A stretch of DNA of 63,555 bases, counting the filler, from Atractiella rhizophila (lineage: Eukaryota): assembly GCA_021432655.1 (NCBI GenBank). It is 8 parts of 8 records of this genome, joined end to end, with 100 filler letters (N's around TTAATTAATTAA, not from the genome) between each part and the next. Parts side by side here need not be neighbours in the genome. Positions count along the whole stretch, not along the records: positions 18,956 to 28,316 come from MU272116.1; positions 28,417 to 37,770 come from MU272117.1; 6 more parts are not named here. One strand, 5' to 3'. The notes under the pieces were generated by a model that made no database searches, was not told where the DNA came from, and was given only the letters and a program-made list of their open reading frames with translations. How positions within the stretch are numbered: position 1 is the stretch's first letter; each line of letters starts with the position of its first letter. Below, in pieces: positions 25,601 to 37,870 of this stretch. A program made the translations under genes and the position numbers.

Positions 25601-27387
25601 GAAAACAGTATAAAATACAGACAAAGAATTCAAACAGGAGGGAGGAGATATTGGTTTCATTTTCAAAGCTAAACATTCCGCTTTTGCTTAGCCTTTTCTC
25701 TTTGACGTTTACTAGAAAATTTTGAAATTTTTAGAATCACTTCATTCCAATAGACACAAATGACTTACTTTTTCGAATCTCCTTTCAAAGCTCTATTCAA
25801 CTCATTAGCCTTCCGTTTATTTCGCCTTTCAATTTGCTCTTCTTCAGTACGAATGCCTGAAGGCTTTTGATACTCTGAACCTCGAAATGAAAAAAGGAAA
25901 ACTGCAGGATTGGAGTATGTTTGGGTAATGAAAACTTGGAGAGGAGGACGATGAGAAGACTTGAAGTTGTCAACGGAAGAAAGACAGCGGTCTGGATCGA
26001 AAGGGGTTTGAAGGACCTGGGTCTGAATATCACAAGCTTCTTTATAGGGCGGAAATTCCGAGTCGAGACAAAACTCAAAGAAATCAGCTGCGCGTAACCA
26101 ATGCTTCAAATAAAATACATCGAAACTGTACATAACAGACGAGAGAATCCCAACGAAAGCACCGAATTGAGCTGGAAAAGCTGAAGATGGCCCAGCACAG
26201 GAACTTAAAGAGCATGACGAAGATAACAGAGGACGCCACCTAGAAATAACATGTCAACGCAAGAAGGGGGCATAGATCAAGGATGGGATACTTACGCTGA
26301 GAATCGAACCCAAATACGAGATGACGATACAGCCGCAATAATTGCGGAAGGCTCCAACATTTCAGGGCGAACACCACTTTCTTGCCACCCACGCCACGCA
26401 GAAAGGACAGAGGAACCATAGTTGACTTGGCCAATGGTGCGATGAGTCCAGAAAAAGCAGAAGTCCTTGAAGAAAATATGTTGCAGCTGGCGGAGTTGTC
26501 GCTCAATCCATTTACGCTCTTTGAACAGAAATTGCTTAGGTTCCCATGAATCATTCCGAACTCAAAGGAGACAAATAGCAGGCCCAGCAGACCAAGAGGC
26601 AGAAATATAGACCACGGAAAGGAAGTAACGATGGGTTGGCAAAGGAAGATCGGTCGAGCTTGGAGGAAAAATCAAGTTTACAAGGCGGCGAGCTCCTGGG
26701 CCTTCTCCACAGTTAACCAGATGGAGAGGAAACCTTCAACCGCACGCAGGAAGAACTGGGGAAGTGAAGAGAAGTCAAGGGAGCCTACAAGAAGGCAAGG
26801 AGAGTCCCAAAAAGCGGACGAAGCAGGCAGATGCCCATACTTAAAATCGAAGTTCTGCAAATCATGAAGAACGCTTCAATTTGCTGGACCCAATGTGAAA
26901 AATGAACACCAACCCAGCCACTACTTAAAAGGAGAACGTATGAGGAAACTCTACAAAATGTTCATCAGTCTGCAAACGAGTCCTACGCAAAATATCTTTG
27001 GCCTTCTTTTCAAGTTCTATCTTGAAGCACCTTCGACATGAAAAGAAAGAGTCTTCGGTCCTCCGCGCGTGAGGGAGAAAGCGGTAAGTCCATTAAGCGC
27101 AAGCAAAAAATGACACGGTAATGAAACCCCGTACAAATTTCACTCGAAATTAAAAAGAACTTGCCGCCCTATTCGTTACTCACTAGTCGCTCTTTACGAC
27201 CTGACAGCTTGCAGACGAAAAGGGGGGAGGGTGAGGAAGATGGTGGTTGAAGTTGGGGGAGTTGACGAAGGGATGGTGGTTTATATGTTGACTTTAGGTC
27301 AGGGAGGTGAACGACCTGCCCAACATAGGGTTAGGGTCTGGTTACAGTTTAAACTCGTCGGGGGCAACTCGGCAAACAGGAGGGACA

Positions 27388-28037
27388 TGATGTACCCCAT
27401 CCTGTCTGTACATATCGTCACATGAAGAGCATACGCCAAAGACGGGCACGTGCCAGACAAATGACCTATTTCACTGCATCATCAACCAAATTACTTACTT
27501 CCCCACAACACATAACTCCGCAACCATGTTTTAATTCAATCAGAACAAGGAAATGTAGGCAACAGCCAATTCAAGATAGAACAAGGGTCAATAGAAAACT
27601 CCATCTTAACCTTAAATAAGAAGACAATGGCGATTGGACAAGATAGAAAACGTGGGCAAGATAAAAGGAAATAGGGCAACATAGGACTTAGGAAAGGATA
27701 TAGGAGATCAGAGGATGAGGAAGGAAAAGAAGTGGAGCTTGGTGGAGTGCTGGAGGGGGAGGAAAGCCATAAAAGGGGAAAGTTTAGGGGGAGATAACAT
27801 CCCTCACTTGTGCTGTGAGCATTCTACGCTTTCGTTTGACTTCATAATTGTTTCTCTCGTCCCCAGGTGCTTGCTCAGTGTACTTTGGGTCAATTATAGT
27901 GTTGAAAAGCGCATTTTCCATTGCAAAAGCACTAGTTGCTGCTCTAGTTCTTTTTCACTAAACTGCTTTGGTGTTTGCCCACCAAATGTTTATTCCCAAC
28001 TTTGAACTCTCTCTCTAGTCCGGGATAAGCAACTTCA
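27388..28037 (+). repeat. 3' LTR (~650 bp)
   Basis: TG...CA ends (TGATGT / ACTTCA), preceded by a purine-rich tract AAACAGGAGGGA (PPT). The 3' part matches the 5' LTR remnant. The 5' boundary is inferred and could be off by a few bp. Confidence 0.8.
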
Positions 28038-28416
28038 CCGAAACTTGTACCAATACGTTAGACTCTTGCACCAAGCAATTTCTGAACTCTTCAGTAAGGT
28101 AACAAAGTTTCAAGCATAAAGTGCTACTCCAGCTGATATCCGACCGGTGAGCTGACCTTTATTCTCCACAATCATTGCCACTCATCAGACCAACTAGTTC
28201 ATCATCATCTGAAAACGCAAGACCTCATAAGTCCCACCTCAAACTGACTGTGTTGGATCAGATGTCTGATGACGAATATCCAAGTGATCAGTTCGGTACC
28301 TGGTACGATATCTGGANNNNNNNNNNNNNNNNNNNNNNNNNNNNNNNNNNNNNNNNNNNNTTAATTAATTAANNNNNNNNNNNNNNNNNNNNNNNNNNNN
28401 NNNNNNNNNNNNNNNN

Positions 28417-29529
28417 AGGGCCTCGCGCTGTGAATGAAGGGTCGCGACGTTAGCTGCGATCGATGCTGGAGACGAGATTGGGGACGAGCAGGAGGGGCAA
28501 GGAGCCAGAGGGAGGTGTAAGGCGCAAAGGATTAGGCCGCAAGAGGAACACATGGGGACAAAAGGGGACAGAGGATGTATTTTGGCTATGAGCAAAAGAG
28601 TTAGCATTGCGAACAAAGGAGAAGAGGAAGTAGACCTTACAACGGCAAAAACAGCGATGCTTCAACAATTGCTTTGCGGTGGGAGGAGTGGAGAGATTTC
28701 GAAGAGATATTTCGATGGAAGATAAAGTTTCCAATGCCGAAATAGAGAAATTCTTGTATTTCGGATTGTTGGCTATTGGTTTCGTGATCTTCTTGAGATC
28801 ATCCGGCCGTAAATTGGAAGAATCGTGATGCGACGACGACGGCGTTTCTCCCACAGTAATCGGAGAGGATCGCGGAGGTGGGGGAGTTGCAACTGGAGTT
28901 GGGACTTTGGAAACTTGTGCGCTGGAAGCCAGGGAAGGCGGTCCGGATCCAGCCGCTGCTTTCTTCCCCTTCCCCTTTCCTGTCCCAGCAAAAGTGATCT
29001 CGTCCTTATTCTTCACATAAACAGTACCCCCGGCTCCAAAAGCCGCTTGAACAACCCTTTCATCGACCACTGGAGTCTGCGTTCTCGGTGTCCCAGTTTT
29101 GCTGCCAGCCTTGCTGCCACTTGGAGTCGTGGCCGAGGAGGCTGGTTTCACCCATTGAGGATTTGGATGATGTTTTGAAGGTCCGGATGGCGCTGCTTGT
29201 TGAGGTGCTGGTTTAGCATGGGGAAAGCGGAAGGCGAGATATCGTTGTCTGTAAGCAGAAGATGATGGTGTCACACCCAGCAGTCCCTATAAAGAATTTC
29301 TCAATGGACTTTGGGGACTCGACACTGTAAAAGATAGTCACACTGAGGTACTCAGAAACTTCTGCGTGAGTTTTCATGGACTGCAAATAAGGTATAATTT
29401 GCACTGATACTGTTTCCGTGTCTAGCATCGATGCAGATGAGAACCACGATTTGTGAGTAGACACCGTGAAGACGAACCTAGCTCTGTCAATTTTGCAAGC
29501 TCCTGAACTATCCACGCTGGCTGCGACAT
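28417..29529 (-). CDS. RQT4: ASC-1/TRIP4/Rqt4-like zf-C2HC5 protein, 3' truncated
   Basis: Spliced start MSQPAWIVQELAKLTELDTETVSVQIIPYL; zinc finger CFC...HPL.....C..CGLILC......PCPSC. Confidence 0.75.
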
Positions 29530-29848
29530 GACGGGTAGGTACGAAAGGCAGACTATATCGTAGAGAGAGACCAGAAAGGAACGGTGCAGCTGTTTTATTC
29601 CGATCTATTCGCAACTGTTCGCAACCGTGACATGACTCGAGGTTTCACTGCCAACATTTCTCTTTCCATATTAGACTGCTTCCTGCATGCTTCGCATAGT
29701 GCATAATTAGAAAGTGCACAATTCTGACCTGAATTCTCGAATCTTTATTCATTGAGGAAAACAAATAGCAATGCAGATACAACATCCAGAGCAGAAGGGG
29801 AAAATCCACTCCATTCTAAGTGGCTCAACTACAAACTGAAAGTAACGC

Positions 29849-31727
29849 CTACTTTTTAGGCTATCCAAGGACACATTAGCTAACTGTTCGACCAACAGAG
29901 TAAAGAAGGGGCTCACATTGCAATCCATGCCCACATCTCTCACCCAAATCTTCCCGCCCTCTCCGTCAGTTTTCAAACCGATCCTTCCTTGTTCATCAAA
30001 CATCGTTCCCGTCCCGATGGCCAGTCGTGTGCCATCGACGTTGAATGCTAACGAGGTAATTTCGAGGCCAGAATACTGAGGAAACTGTCGTAAACGCTTC
30101 TTCGCGGCAGCATCCCAAACGGAGACCATTGAGTCCGATCCGCCAGTGGCGAATGTACCGTGTCTAAAACGAAAATGGTCATGAGGGGGATCAACACCGT
30201 GAACGGGCGACGGCAAGCTTACATGGGATGGAAAGCGAGGGCGTTGACGGGATAAATGGTGTCGACTCCATTGATCACCTTTCGATGACACTTGAATGCA
30301 TACTTAGCCGACTCCTTCGTCGGGTCAAAAAAGTCGACCGCCACTCTTCCTTCAGTCGAAGAGGTCGCAAAACCTATACCGTACATACATCCTTGATCAA
30401 CCAGGTGTTGTTCTTGACGAGGCATAAAGGAGGGATGGGGAAGAGGGAAGACTCACCTTCACCACTCGGCATGCCTTTCACACACCTCGTCTGGAACTTC
30501 AGACTACTCTCCCTCTTTTGCCAAACCCCGTCCTGCCCATCGGAAGGACCTCCCCGCCAGCGTGAACCGAGCTGACGGACGTCCCATACCCATATCTTTC
30601 GCTCTGCCATCGCTACCAACACCTTGTCCCGGACGACGTCAAGCGAGTACGCTTTGGCGGGAAGGGCTATGGAGAAGGCGGTGGGAGTGGGAGAGCGAGG
30701 GTCGTGGAGGGCCATGGTGGAATCCCAGGAGGCGGAGACAACGCCGTCTGCATTGTTTCCATCAACTTAACGCTGAGACGAAAGAACTAAACGCACTCAA
30801 TGCATCGTCCCATGCTAGACACTTGACAGGTGCTTCATGTTTTGCTAAGACGCGTTGAGATTGAGTCTCGAGATCAATCCTGCAGAGAGACACCAAGATC
30901 AGCATGTCGCATCATAGTTTACGAAGGAAAGGTGGTTTGGCAGAGAGAACAAATTAAAGAAAAATAATGAAAGCCATCGCTATTTCCGCTCAAAGGTGAT
31001 AGGAATAGCAATCGTCCTTCGCCACTGGTAACGAGTTGCAATCTGTGCAAGCAAACAATAAGAGGTGAGAGCCAAATAAAAGTTTCATGAGCACGGGATG
31101 ACCAGATATCCGAATAATTAAGCACAAATTCTCTTCCTACAAAGTATTACGAAGGTAAGCCTAACACAGTTGCCCCTGCACTGGTCGATTTCCCAGTCCC
31201 GACAAGAAAAAAGGATTAGAGAATTGCAGTCACTGTCTTCTCATCGCTCCTCAAAGTAACCATGGGAGCAGAAGACTGGTTTGGATCCGCTACCATATAT
31301 ATTCATCATTCATCAAAAGGGACCCAAGCTGGGGAATATACGTCGATAAGGACGTAAGCGAGAAATCAACCATGAGTGCAGTTAGGGCACAGCAGGAAGT
31401 TCAGCAATGCGACCATCGACACGTTCATTCTACTCTCACTCTTCCAATACGAGAGATAGAGACTCACTCATGTACCACCCCTCTCGTTCCCGCCACAAAA
31501 GCCATCCTCTCCCCATCCCCCTCCACGCGTCCCCAACAGCAGTCTAGCGCCGGACACCCGATACTGATCTTGGTTCTGAGGATAGGTACATCCTGTGAGA
31601 GGGAATGCAGACACAGAGTGTTGTCCCACGAAGCAGAGAGGAGGAGGTCGGGATCCTGAGGATGGAAGGTCAGACGGGAAATAATGCCGCTTTGGGAGGA
31701 AAGGGCGTGGCCTTCTGGCGTTGACAT
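29849..31727 (-). CDS. BUB3: Spindle checkpoint WD40 protein Bub3
   Basis: [63 protein letters not shown]. Intron 1 (30880-31467) is 588 nt. Confidence 0.92.
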
Positions 31728-32344
31728 TTTGAGCTCCTTCAGACGATGAAATGGATGGCAGACGCGTCCAGGAAAATGGTGCTGCAACAACTTTCCCTCG
31801 GCTCCCAACTTCGGCTCCCTCAGCCTTCCGTCCACCAAGATTCTTCCCAGCCTAGAAGCGAAATACAACTTATACATATTTATCTCTCAGACTATAAGAG
31901 ACTCGTACAGAGTACCGGTGAGTTCTTAGCTGCCCTGAGACTTTGGCCTCCCATCTTTCTTTGCCTCTCTAGGCTCTTCTAAGCATCCCATCCCAGCCTT
32001 CCAAAGTCGTGGTGCCACAGTCTAGTATACTGAATCACTTGTCTATTACAGAAAATAAGACGGTGAATAATAGTGAATGGATTTTTGAGAGGAGCAGGCG
32101 CCATTTTCTCATGCTCCTTTGCAGCATCCTTCTTACCGTGACACCTCTGCCTTGCTCAACCTCAGTGCTCGTATTCCCTGTTTCGCAGATCGATGCTGAA
32201 CTGTTCTGCCTTGTTTCAAAACCATCTCCTAAAACACACAATGAATGATTCATTGGACCGTGAGAGATGGGGAGATTGAGCTGTTGCAAGAGCAGCAACC
32301 TGAGTAACGACATATCTGAGATTTGATTCCAGGAGAACAATACG

Positions 32345-33337
32345 ATGTCACTGCTCCACACCATCTTTGCGCCAACTTCCCTCTCGCCAAGTGCAATCAC
32401 GATCATCCGTATAACTGGTCCCTCAGCCCTCTCTTCTCTCTCACTCCTACATCCACCTACTCTCCCTCGTCCTCGAACTGCCTACTATCGATCTCTCCTC
32501 TCTCCCTCCCCCTCAAAAGAGGTAGTCGATCGCATCCTCGCATTCCACCTTCCCCCCACAAAAAATTCTCTCTCCCCATATGACACCGTCGAATTTCACC
32601 TCCACGGTGCCGTACCCATAGTTCGAAAGGCTTTGTCTCTCCTCAGTAACTTGGAAGGCTTCCGACCCGCACATCGAGGCGAATTCACTCAACTATCCTT
32701 CCGTACGAACCGCTTACCTGGGGGTATGTTGGGGCTTGAAGCGTTCGCTGCTCTCATGGGGGCATCGACTGAGAGAGAGAGGCGGGTCGTACAGCGTTGG
32801 AACGAGAAGAGTGGGAACAAAGATGCGTGGGAAAGCGTCAAGAGGGAAATTATCAAAGCTAGAGCGGGAGTAGAGGCGGTTATTGAGTTTGGAGAGACTG
32901 ATGGAGGGGATAATGAGGGTATTGGAGAGGCAGAAGGGAGCGGAGCATGGGAGGACGGTGCGTCTCATCCTCTTACTTCTCCGCCTTTTGAGCAGCTTAA
33001 ACTTATCGCAAAATAAGCCAGGACGACCGTCCAACGCCTGCTCACTTTATCTGACAATGAGAGAGCTGAAGGAGAGGAGGGGTGGATCATGAACCTTCGT
33101 CAGGCGTCGAATACCCGTGCCTGTGTCGAAAACTTGGAAGAGTTTCTCAGTCCGTCGTTTTCTTTCATTGTCTTTCCCAATCCTAATTATTTTACAGAAT
33201 GTGACCTCAAAGATATTGTTTTTGCGGCCGAAGAGTTGAGACTTGCAACGACGGAGATTGAACGGTTGATTGGTGGCGGCGTAGATGTAGAAGACGTTTT
33301 AGGAGAAATATTCGGGAATTTTTGTATTGGGAAATGA
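32345..33337 (+). CDS. MSS1: MnmE/TrmE/MSS1 homolog with N-terminal and helical domains only (no G domain), ~294 aa
   Basis: Exons 32345-32957, 33018-33149, 33198-33337. Motifs TIFA...[41 protein letters not shown] and the terminal IFGNFCIGK signature. Confidence 0.88.
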
Positions 33338-33436
33338 GTAGTTACTGCTACAATTGGTGACAGCACCACAACTTCAACATTTAAAACTAAATATGCAGGA
33401 CCGTTGACCTATACACTAAGTCGTGTGAGAAAGCGT

Positions 33437-36400
33437 TCAACTGTACAAGGGTATCTTATGGCTCCATCGCTCATTTTTCTCGACGATGTAACTCTCGTCA
33501 TCAGCTTCAACAAAATCCACATGACACCGCACCACTATTCTCCCATGGTCAATATGTGGCCAAAGCCACAGTGAATTAAGGCCTAAGGGACACGCACAAG
33601 ACTTCACGACACTCTCCACGTGTCGAGCGCAGAGTCCGCCTCCTTCACCAGCCGCGACAAGTTGTGCCGTCTTGACAAGTTCATTAATTTGTCGGCCATC
33701 AAATGGATGAGAAGCCCAAGATTTGAGGTCCTTATATGACACAGCATTGAAAACCTCTGAGTCTTTCTTCACAGTTGCAGCGTCAGAAGCGCTCGAAACA
33801 GTGTCGACTTCTGGGAAATCCGCATCGATAGCCTTGGAAGATGGCACCGCGCCTTCGCTTGCTGTTCGTGTCAATAACGGCGCCGTCTGCAAGAGTGGAG
33901 GGCCGAGAGGAGGGAGGGGTGCAGACGTTGGATCTTCAAGGACGGAGACACCAGCTAGAGTGAGCAGCTTCCGCAGGAGCGTCTCCCTCGCTTGTCGGCT
34001 GAGACTATTGTATTTGATCGCAAGCGACAGTCGCGATATCAATCTGGGGTCGTAACTCTGTATGCGATTGGAGATGAGGAAGACAACCCCTTTGAAGTTG
34101 TCTAATATGTTTAACAGTGTCAGAAGATTGGTGTGATGTGAAGAATCGTTCGCTGCTGGCGCCTCAAGCACGACATCGGCCCCATCAAGAAGAAGGACAG
34201 AGGACCAAATATTTGCTAACTTGATGATGTAACGGACAGAGCTGAGATTCTGAGATGTGGAGCGAATGGAGGATAGCTTTATTCGTTGGAGGGGGACTTG
34301 GAGAGATTCTGAAATCTACGACGCTCTCAAAACCTACAGCATGAAGTTCAAGTGGCAACTTACGGCGTAAGCGGTCAGCGTTTTCCCTGTTCCAGGAGGC
34401 TGCCGTTTCATTCAGCATATAGTTGAAAGAATCACCGCACGGAACCTACTCCATGTAGCAGTATTCGCGCTCCCGAGAAACGGCTCCAAGGTTCTGGAAT
34501 GTTGTCCAAGTTTTTGAGGCTCTTTGTCGCATTGATAATAAGTTGCTGCCAGCACAGTTAGCTGTGACATGGGAGGTCAGAGAAAGCCCACCTTTTGGTC
34601 AGAATCCATCAACAATCCATCGATCAGCCTATCATCAAAGGTATTCGGACTCATGCAGTCGAGGACGCATTTCCCCCAAGAGTTCGTTTCAAAACTCCAC
34701 CCCACCATCCAAGGCAACAGGGTAACAATTTCATCCTCCTCTGTCACTTCGGAAAGCCTCGAGTCTCTCTCATCCCAAAAATTGCACAATTCGCCTCTCA
34801 CGTCGTTGTCCCAACGATAGATATAATCCTGTAACAATAGTCAATTTCATCTCAAGAATGCGAAGAGCATGCCGACATCCTGAGGATTGAGATGCCGCCA
34901 TGTTTCGATGTCAAGCATAACACGACCGTCAACCATTTCCTTTGCTTCGTTCTCAGTAGAGAAGTGGTAGAATACGCCTGTGAGCCATCTGTGTGAGTCA
35001 AAGTATCAAGATATTGTGCACTTCACCTTTATATGATACCAATGAACGACGGCAGAGCTACTCGTCACTTGAGCTTTGCGTTGCCTGATTTTGATTACAA
35101 GACAGACCTGAAGATACTTCCTGCCGCGCTCCAATAGCTCAGTGTAGATATCGGAGGTTATTGGATATACTGCGTGAGTATGTATTCTAACCAGGTCCTA
35201 CATAGAGGAGATCAGCCTACTTATACAAGGGAGATTGTACCAAGCCTACGAGATATGAAGGGATAGTTGCCTCAATCTTCCGCTTGGCGAACACTTTTCC
35301 ACTCCATTCAAGTCTCGTGCCACTGACGATGAAGGAAGCAAAATCAGAAGTGTAGTATGCTTCCTTCACGATGAAAGCGATCTATGACTAGCTCAGTAAT
35401 CCTTATTACCTCGGTAGAGTGTTCATACCCTTTCATACGTTACAGCATCTCTACAAGCAGCTAGATCCCCGATTGGGAATTTGCTCCACAGGAGTTTGAA
35501 TGGCAATCCATCATCTTCGGTCAACTTTGAGAGTTTTTCTGTCCTGCAATACGATATCAAGACCACTTTCGATCCAAAACGAATACGAACGTAGATTTAT
35601 ACTTCCCGTTCGATACACTTGACTAGTTCTCGAAGGTGCGTAAGATGGAGATCGAACTCTTGAACTTCGGCTGAGAGCGGAGGCTTCTCTCCTTCACCTT
35701 GTTCTGGGACTTTAGCTGTTAGAAGTGTTATATTCAGGGTTACAAGAGAAGAACGTGACGGAGACAGACTCATGCAGTTGCAGTGCTGACAAATGATGGA
35801 TTTAGGCTCAGGAGGGATCGGACCTCCCATAGCTTCTCGCTCGGCAATAAAATTTTCAAGTCTGCACCATTGTCAGTCCAGAGGAATGAAATTGTGAGGG
35901 GCCATACACTCCATCTAAACGTCGCTTCATGGTGTAGAGATCTCTTCCACTGACCTGTTCTCTTCAGCGGTTATTCCTGCATTAGGAGAAGGGGCCACTT
36001 ACCTGGGGTTCCTCCTTCATAAACTCTTTCAATCCGTCAAACAGCGGTCTGCCCAAGGAAACACTATTCAAAACTGTTCCTCAAGTTCAAGTTCAACGGG
36101 AACGCACCTTAGCCGAGAGATGAGGCATTTGCACTTCAGGGTGAGGAGAACGATTGGCGACGAATCTGGCACCTCCCTCAATACTCATCCATGGAGCAGT
36201 AAAACAGTATTGCCTACCAATCGACCCCGGCTGACTCTCGTCCACTTCTCTCACGGTCATGACGAAAGCATGTTTCTTTGTTTTATGTTTCACTTCGATC
36301 ACTGGAGGTGGGTGAGGAGGCTGCATGGGCAATCCTGGAGGTGGGATGAAGACCGCTGGAGGGGGAAGAGGTGTGTGAGAAATTCTGGGAGATTGAACAG

Positions 36401-37054
36401 CAGAAAGCAAAGGAGGAGGTGGCAGCGGCGGTAGAGGGGTAGGGGAAGTGCTGGGGGATGGGAAGGCGGATAATACTGGCAGAGCTGGTGGTGGCGGCGG
36501 AGGAGGAACCAGGATTGGGAGAGGCGGCATCGATCCTCGGCGTTTCCCTTTAGGAACCCACTGGCTGCTAAGCTTGTCCCTTGAAGCGCCGTCAAAGTGA
36601 TCAATACATTTGACGAGTAGATGAAGACTGCAGCCCACCAAACTTCAGGGATGCGCTTCCATATCTCGTTGTCCGTCATCTCTTCACCTGCATCTTTTTC
36701 CAAGGTATCATCTCCTTGTCCTTTGTCCTGCACGACACGGCGCGGCTCAATTGCTTGGGAAATGACCGGATGGTCGCAATGTACTCTCTCCTTCTTCTCC
36801 ACCTCCTCAAAACTTGCGTCAGCGGCGTTGACGAGGCGCTCCTCGCCTGCTGCTGGCTTCTCAGGTTCAGGCAACTCTTCGTTCTGTTCCTTCTCCTCTT
36901 CGACTTCCTTCGACTTCAACAAATGTTTCACAGAAGCAGAATGATAGACGGACGGCGCCACAAGCCCTGCAGAAAAGGCAGCCAACGCGACGACAAAAGA
37001 GAAGACGACCACACGATGATTCAAGGTGGCAGTGACCGGTGTTGTGAGTTCCAT
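33437..37054 (-). CDS. Fungal AAA+ ATPase-like protein with N-terminal TM segment and Pro-rich region, multi-exon
   Basis: Spliced ILLHG|PPGTGKTLTA (Walker A), VLLLDGAD (Walker B variant), FKGVVFLISNR...D....SR...AIKY, and DGRQINELVKTA. Upstream GRVMLD and GWSFETNSWG. Start approximate. Confidence 0.85.
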
Positions 37055-37870
37055 GCTGATTCCGCTTCCAGAATAAGTTGAATGAAGGGAAAACACAAAA
37101 TCGATGGTGGTACAAAGTCCCTGCAAATTCTGGGTTTGTAGTGTGGAGAGATCCGTGCTTACGATGCTTTCTTTTATTGGGCAAGCCCCAATCAAGGGAG
37201 TCACCGACCGTACGTACGAAGGACAGAATGGAGTATGTCATGGCCGCTGCGAAAACGCTCAGCCAATGCGTTGTGCAGTGTGCTCGATATTGAGCCTCTC
37301 AGAGAAGATATTGAGCACCTTAGAAAAGACATTCCTCGTATAAAACGCTGGCTCTTGGCTGGCAAGTCAGTGGTCAGCGGAGGACTCACGTCACGTTGTG
37401 ACTGTGAACACCCTTGCTTCACAAAACAAAACAAATGAGGATAGAACCAAATCACAATCACCGTCGAGATTCGTCCATCCACTAGCAGGAGTGATGGAGA
37501 GCAAATTCGCTGCGACAAGGGTTTGACCTCCTCTTGTTGCGTCGATCAACTTCGACTTCCTGGGTTGAACAAACAGGAACAGAAGACATCCGAGCGGTTA
37601 GAGTTAAGCACACTTTTGGGAGGGACGAAAGTCTCCGACCCCACATACTTTCCGCAAAGAGAGCTTATGCTCTTAGATGTCGAAGGATTATCCTCTTATA
37701 GCTGAAGCTAGTGTAAAAGCAGTATGGACAAATGAAATTTTGTCCGAATCTCAAATCTGACCTGACGATGNNNNNNNNNNNNNNNNNNNNNNNNNNNNNN
37801 NNNNNNNNNNNNNNTTAATTAATTAANNNNNNNNNNNNNNNNNNNNNNNNNNNNNNNNNNNNNNNNNNNN

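Larger units (their letters stand above)
18956..28037 (+). mobile_element. Decayed Ty3/Gypsy LTR retrotransposon (gag-PR-RT-RH-IN order, no chromodomain seen)
   Basis: Protease IDCGA (~21212); RT PYSSSWFVV...D...GYDQ...LPVGATNS...FIDD; RNase H VDSS..AGGIL...YSQSKLE; integrase HHCC (H..LGH...CDAC), GMD..H, VDGG, NGRVER and GPY. Many stops and frameshifts. Direct terminal repeats. Confidence 0.97.

Noticed and set aside
31380..31392. CCCTAAC in the BUB3 intron as a telomerase RNA template
   Set aside because: Only 7 nt, and equally explained as a CTAAC branch-point word. There is no other support.
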